NCBI GenBank assembly: GCA_010909165.1
Contig: MU008165.1
Span: 992,001 to 1,056,000 of the forward strand
DNA: 64,000 bases
Direction: 5' to 3'
DNA from: Anthoceros angustus
Lineage: Eukaryota > Plantae > Anthocerotophyta
The translations under genes and the position numbers were made by a program. This document shows positions 60,624-64,000 of the stretch, in pieces (within the stretch, counting starts at the first letter, position 1; every line of letters starts with the position of its first letter). The notes under the pieces are model-generated. The model did not search any database and was not told the origin of the DNA. It saw only the letters and a program-made list of their open reading frames with translations.

Positions 60624-63600
60624 ATTCATTATCCTTCATTCACTGGATGCACTGACTCGGATGTTGAGGGAGAGTTGCAGCGAGAACTAGATGCAATCAG
60701 TGTTGGCGAACATGCAGCTGACGAAGGTGTGCAATCTCCTTCTCAGTTTCAAGGATCGTCCTTTTTCAGTAGGGTTTTCAGAAATTTCGGCCAATTTTGA
60801 ACCTCGTTGCAACGCCCTTGCTATGTGTTTCTTTCATGTCCGCGCTAGCAAAACACTGGGGCCAAAAATGCCGATCCCCAAAAGCAAATGCTGATAAGGT
60901 TGGATGCTGATGGTAACACTCAGCTGTTTGGGATCTAGCAGACAATACTACGGATGATGAGGACAGCGGGCGCCCCAAATTGGAGAAAAAGGAGGAAGAG
61001 GAGATGCTTGAAGAGGATACTTTGGCATCTCTTCAAGGTTTGCTCTCAAGGTGGCATCGACAAGAGCAAAAGCTAGAAACATTTCACAAGTCACTGGATG
61101 AGATTGATTCATGGACAAGCGGGGGGGGGAATCTGGGTCCAACCATGGGAGAAACGGCATCTGAAGATGTCGCGTCAAGGACTATGGCGTCTATGAGCTT
61201 CACGGGGTCTACAGACACTGCCGCAACATCTGAGGGGCAGGCCGTGCTCCAAGAGATGTGTTTATCCAGCAAGTCTGAACGTTCCGTGCTTTCTGGGAAT
61301 CAGCAAATGGACCAGAGTAAACGGGACGAGATCGGACATGTGCCCGCAAATGTTGCTCTCAGTTCGAGCTTACCGCTTGGTTTTCAGGAGTATGAACTGC
61401 CCAATGTAGCACCAGACACAGAAAGAGCTGAAGTAATGCAGGAATACAGGGCTGCTGGATTGGAAAGGTCCAGACAGAGAGAAATCAAACAGCAGGCTCA
61501 GAGCGAGGATGCTTATAGAACTTTGGCAATGCTAGAGAAGAAGAAGAAGGCAAGATTGGAGCCCTGGATTCACCTTGGTCAATACATGCATGAGCGTTGC
61601 ATTTTATGTTCTCAGTTTCATCTTTGGATCTTGTACTCAGTGTTGAGTTCTGTTCTCATCGTGAGCTGTTGTCCATACTTTCTGATTATCTGAAATTTGC
61701 ATGAAGATCCTGCAAGATGAGCAAACAAACAAGATGGCTGCACTTGAAAAGGAGACGACGCTCGCAACAAGGTGAAGTCGGCTGGCATTTGGGAAATGAG
61801 TTTTGGAGAGGTTGCCCATGGAAGTATTTTGGTTAAATACCTTGCCCAGCATTTAGGGATCTTCTCTGAAGAGCTGTATTCTGGATGAAGTCAGGTTGTT
61901 TGAGGAGGAGCAGTTGCAAGCAGAGAAGATGTTTCAGACTGAACAAGAGGAGATGGAATGCAAATGTAAGGCACTTCAGGATAGGGCAATGACTATCAAA
62001 CTTAAGGAGCAAGAAGTGGTACATGCTTATATAAGTCCATGTGGACTACTACTGAAGCCACGAACAAGCTTGTTCTGAAGTACGGTGTAACAGAGTGTGT
62101 GACATCCCCTGGTATTGTTGCAGGAAAGGAGAAGATTGGAGTATAAGGCAGCTCAAGACCTAAAACGTTTCAACGAGGTGAGTTGTGCATGTGAGAAATT
62201 TGCAATGGCTGCCGAAGCCTTCTGTTGGCCATCACGTGCTGATATCTTCATTGTTGGTCAGGCTCGCCGGTACTTTGCAGGGAAGAAGATACTTCAGGCC
62301 TTCAAAAAGCGTCAGTCATTTATACAGAGTTGTTGCATGCGCATTCAAGCACTGGCCAGGCGATATCTCTTTCGCAAAAGACTGAAGGGGTTAGAAAACA
62401 AACAGGTGAGAGATGAGAATCCACATTTCCTGGGAGCCGTTCAACACAGACATATGTTCCTTTCAGACAAGTGTCCTAATAGAATGTTGCTGCAGGAGAT
62501 ACAAACCCCTGGGTCAATTACTGTGCAAGGTGCTCCTTTGACTTGTGCTTGTCACATAGAGGTTGCAGAAGAAAGCGGAATGCTGAACGACCGTGCTGTG
62601 CCTGCGGGCACAGCAGACAGTTGCTCAAAACTGCATAAACTACGACATCTACTAAAAAGGGCTTTGATTGTTGCTAGGAACACTGGCACACTTGGGCAGC
62701 CTTCTAAGGCTGGACTTTCTGCAAAGAGTGGGGTGCTGGCTAAACTTGACACTGCAAGTAGAGATGATTTTGAGATGGAAAATGATGGCAAACTGCAGTT
62801 GTGTTCAGATAGAGATAGGCTTATCCATTGGCTGAAGCAGTTTGCGGATGGCTGGGATGTTGCACGAGTTGAAGCAAACAGAAAGATTGGTGAAGCCAAA
62901 AGCTTAGGATTGCTCACAGTAGCTATGGGCATACAGTCTGCTATGTCAGATAGGGAAAAGTCTGTGGTTCTTAATCTGGAAAGGTGTGTCAAGCAGGGTT
63001 CCCGACATGCTATCCAGATGTGGAGAACGAAGGCCAAAATGCTGGGTTTGGATCAGGCGCTGATCCAGTCAAGCAGACTATTTGAAGAGCGTCTGGAGAG
63101 AACTAAGCAGGAGTTGCCAAGCCTTGCTTTGACAGGATCAAGGCAGGACTACATGGTTGCCATCTGTCGTGCTCAATCATTGGGTATGGGTTTTGAAGTT
63201 GAACAAGCTGCAAGAACAGTAAGGAAGAGGGCACTTCAGGTAGTCAAAGTTGCTAAGCTTATGGCCTCTGCTTCGAGTCCTGGTGTCACAAATAGTTTGC
63301 GAAAATGGGCGCTACTGGAGAATACCGCTGCTCTCCTTGGGATGGGAGCAAGCGTGCTGGATTACGTCAAGAAATTTGCTTCTGAGATTAGCATGAGCAA
63401 CGCTGTAACATTTTGTGTGAAATTGAAAACAGATGACCATGAAACGATGCCAAGGATGGTGATAGGGCACAACCCTCATGCTGGGTTAGGTGGTGGTGAT
63501 GCTCAAATGTCATACCACAACTTGGAGCATGCTTTAAACAGCTTTGGTGCTTTGAACAACTATGATCTCCATCCATGGCGGTTGGGTGACCGAAATGGCA

Positions 63601-64000
63601 GTTTGCCAATCTGGTCCTTCGAGCAGAACTGGCAGGAAATTGATATGCTACGGGGGAGATGGCAGGAGCATATGGTGGCCAGTCGAGTTTGTAAACCAGC
63701 TGGCCTGGGTTCTGCTGTCACAGAAACTGATTGGTCAGACAGGTCGGTAAGCACAGATCCACTGGAAATCGAAGATGCTGCTGGCATGCCGCCTGTCAAT
63801 GCCAGAAACAGATTTTGTGACAGAATGCGGCAGTCAGTAGAGTTCACCTCAACAGGGAAGGTAGACATGCCTTGTCATGATATTAGTGAAAGGGTTACAT
63901 GCACAAAAGGGGAAGACGGAGCAGAGGAGGACCTAGTATTGGAAGTGGATGAAGAAAGTGAGGATGACGAGAAAAGAGATTTGGAGGGTTGCCAAATGCG
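60624..64000 (+). CDS. Large coiled-coil + IQ-motif protein, 5' part (possibly LRRIQ1-like); continues beyond the window
   Basis: Exons encode SDVEGELQRELDAISV, E/K/Q-rich coiled coils and the IQ motif CMRIQALARRYLFRKRL (~62330-62385). A stop-free frame runs from ~62496 to the window end. The start codon was not located. Confidence 0.7.

Noticed and set aside
1-64000. tRNA, rRNA and conserved miRNA genes
   Set aside because: None recognised by eye; tRNAscan-SE and Infernal/Rfam would be needed to exclude them.

Overview
Eukaryotic nuclear DNA from a land plant. The short (~70-150 bp) introns, GC-rich exons and a possible ciliary IQ gene suggest a seed-free lineage such as a hornwort or lycophyte (inference). 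Positions 1-16.7 kb are a nested retroelement block. A young full-length Ty1/copia element (748-8778; near-identical LTRs, TGTCG target-site duplication) has inserted into a divergent HECT-type E3 ligase reading frame, which rejoins in frame when the element is removed. That element carries an antisense, apparently intronless fragment of a UBC8-class E2 gene. A second, 5'-truncated copia element (~10250-16737) is interrupted by a 1.8-kb solo LTR (13904-15729; CCTAG duplication) containing tandem repeats. Host genes follow: UTP10/HEATR1 (17991-28867, ~39 exons), then an ~18-kb gene-free region with a decayed LINE and dense microsatellites. After that come a clade-A AHL AT-hook/PPC gene (47132-48183) and a chimeric secreted protein (52228-56858: signal peptide, RxLL site, GGA(I/V)/FxxN beta-helix repeats, Ser-Pro extensin stalk, GDPH root-cap domain). 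An intronless MATE transporter lies on the minus strand, and a coiled-coil/IQ gene runs off the window end. Many frameshifts look like long-read indel errors. All family assignments are from motif recognition by eye, not database searches.
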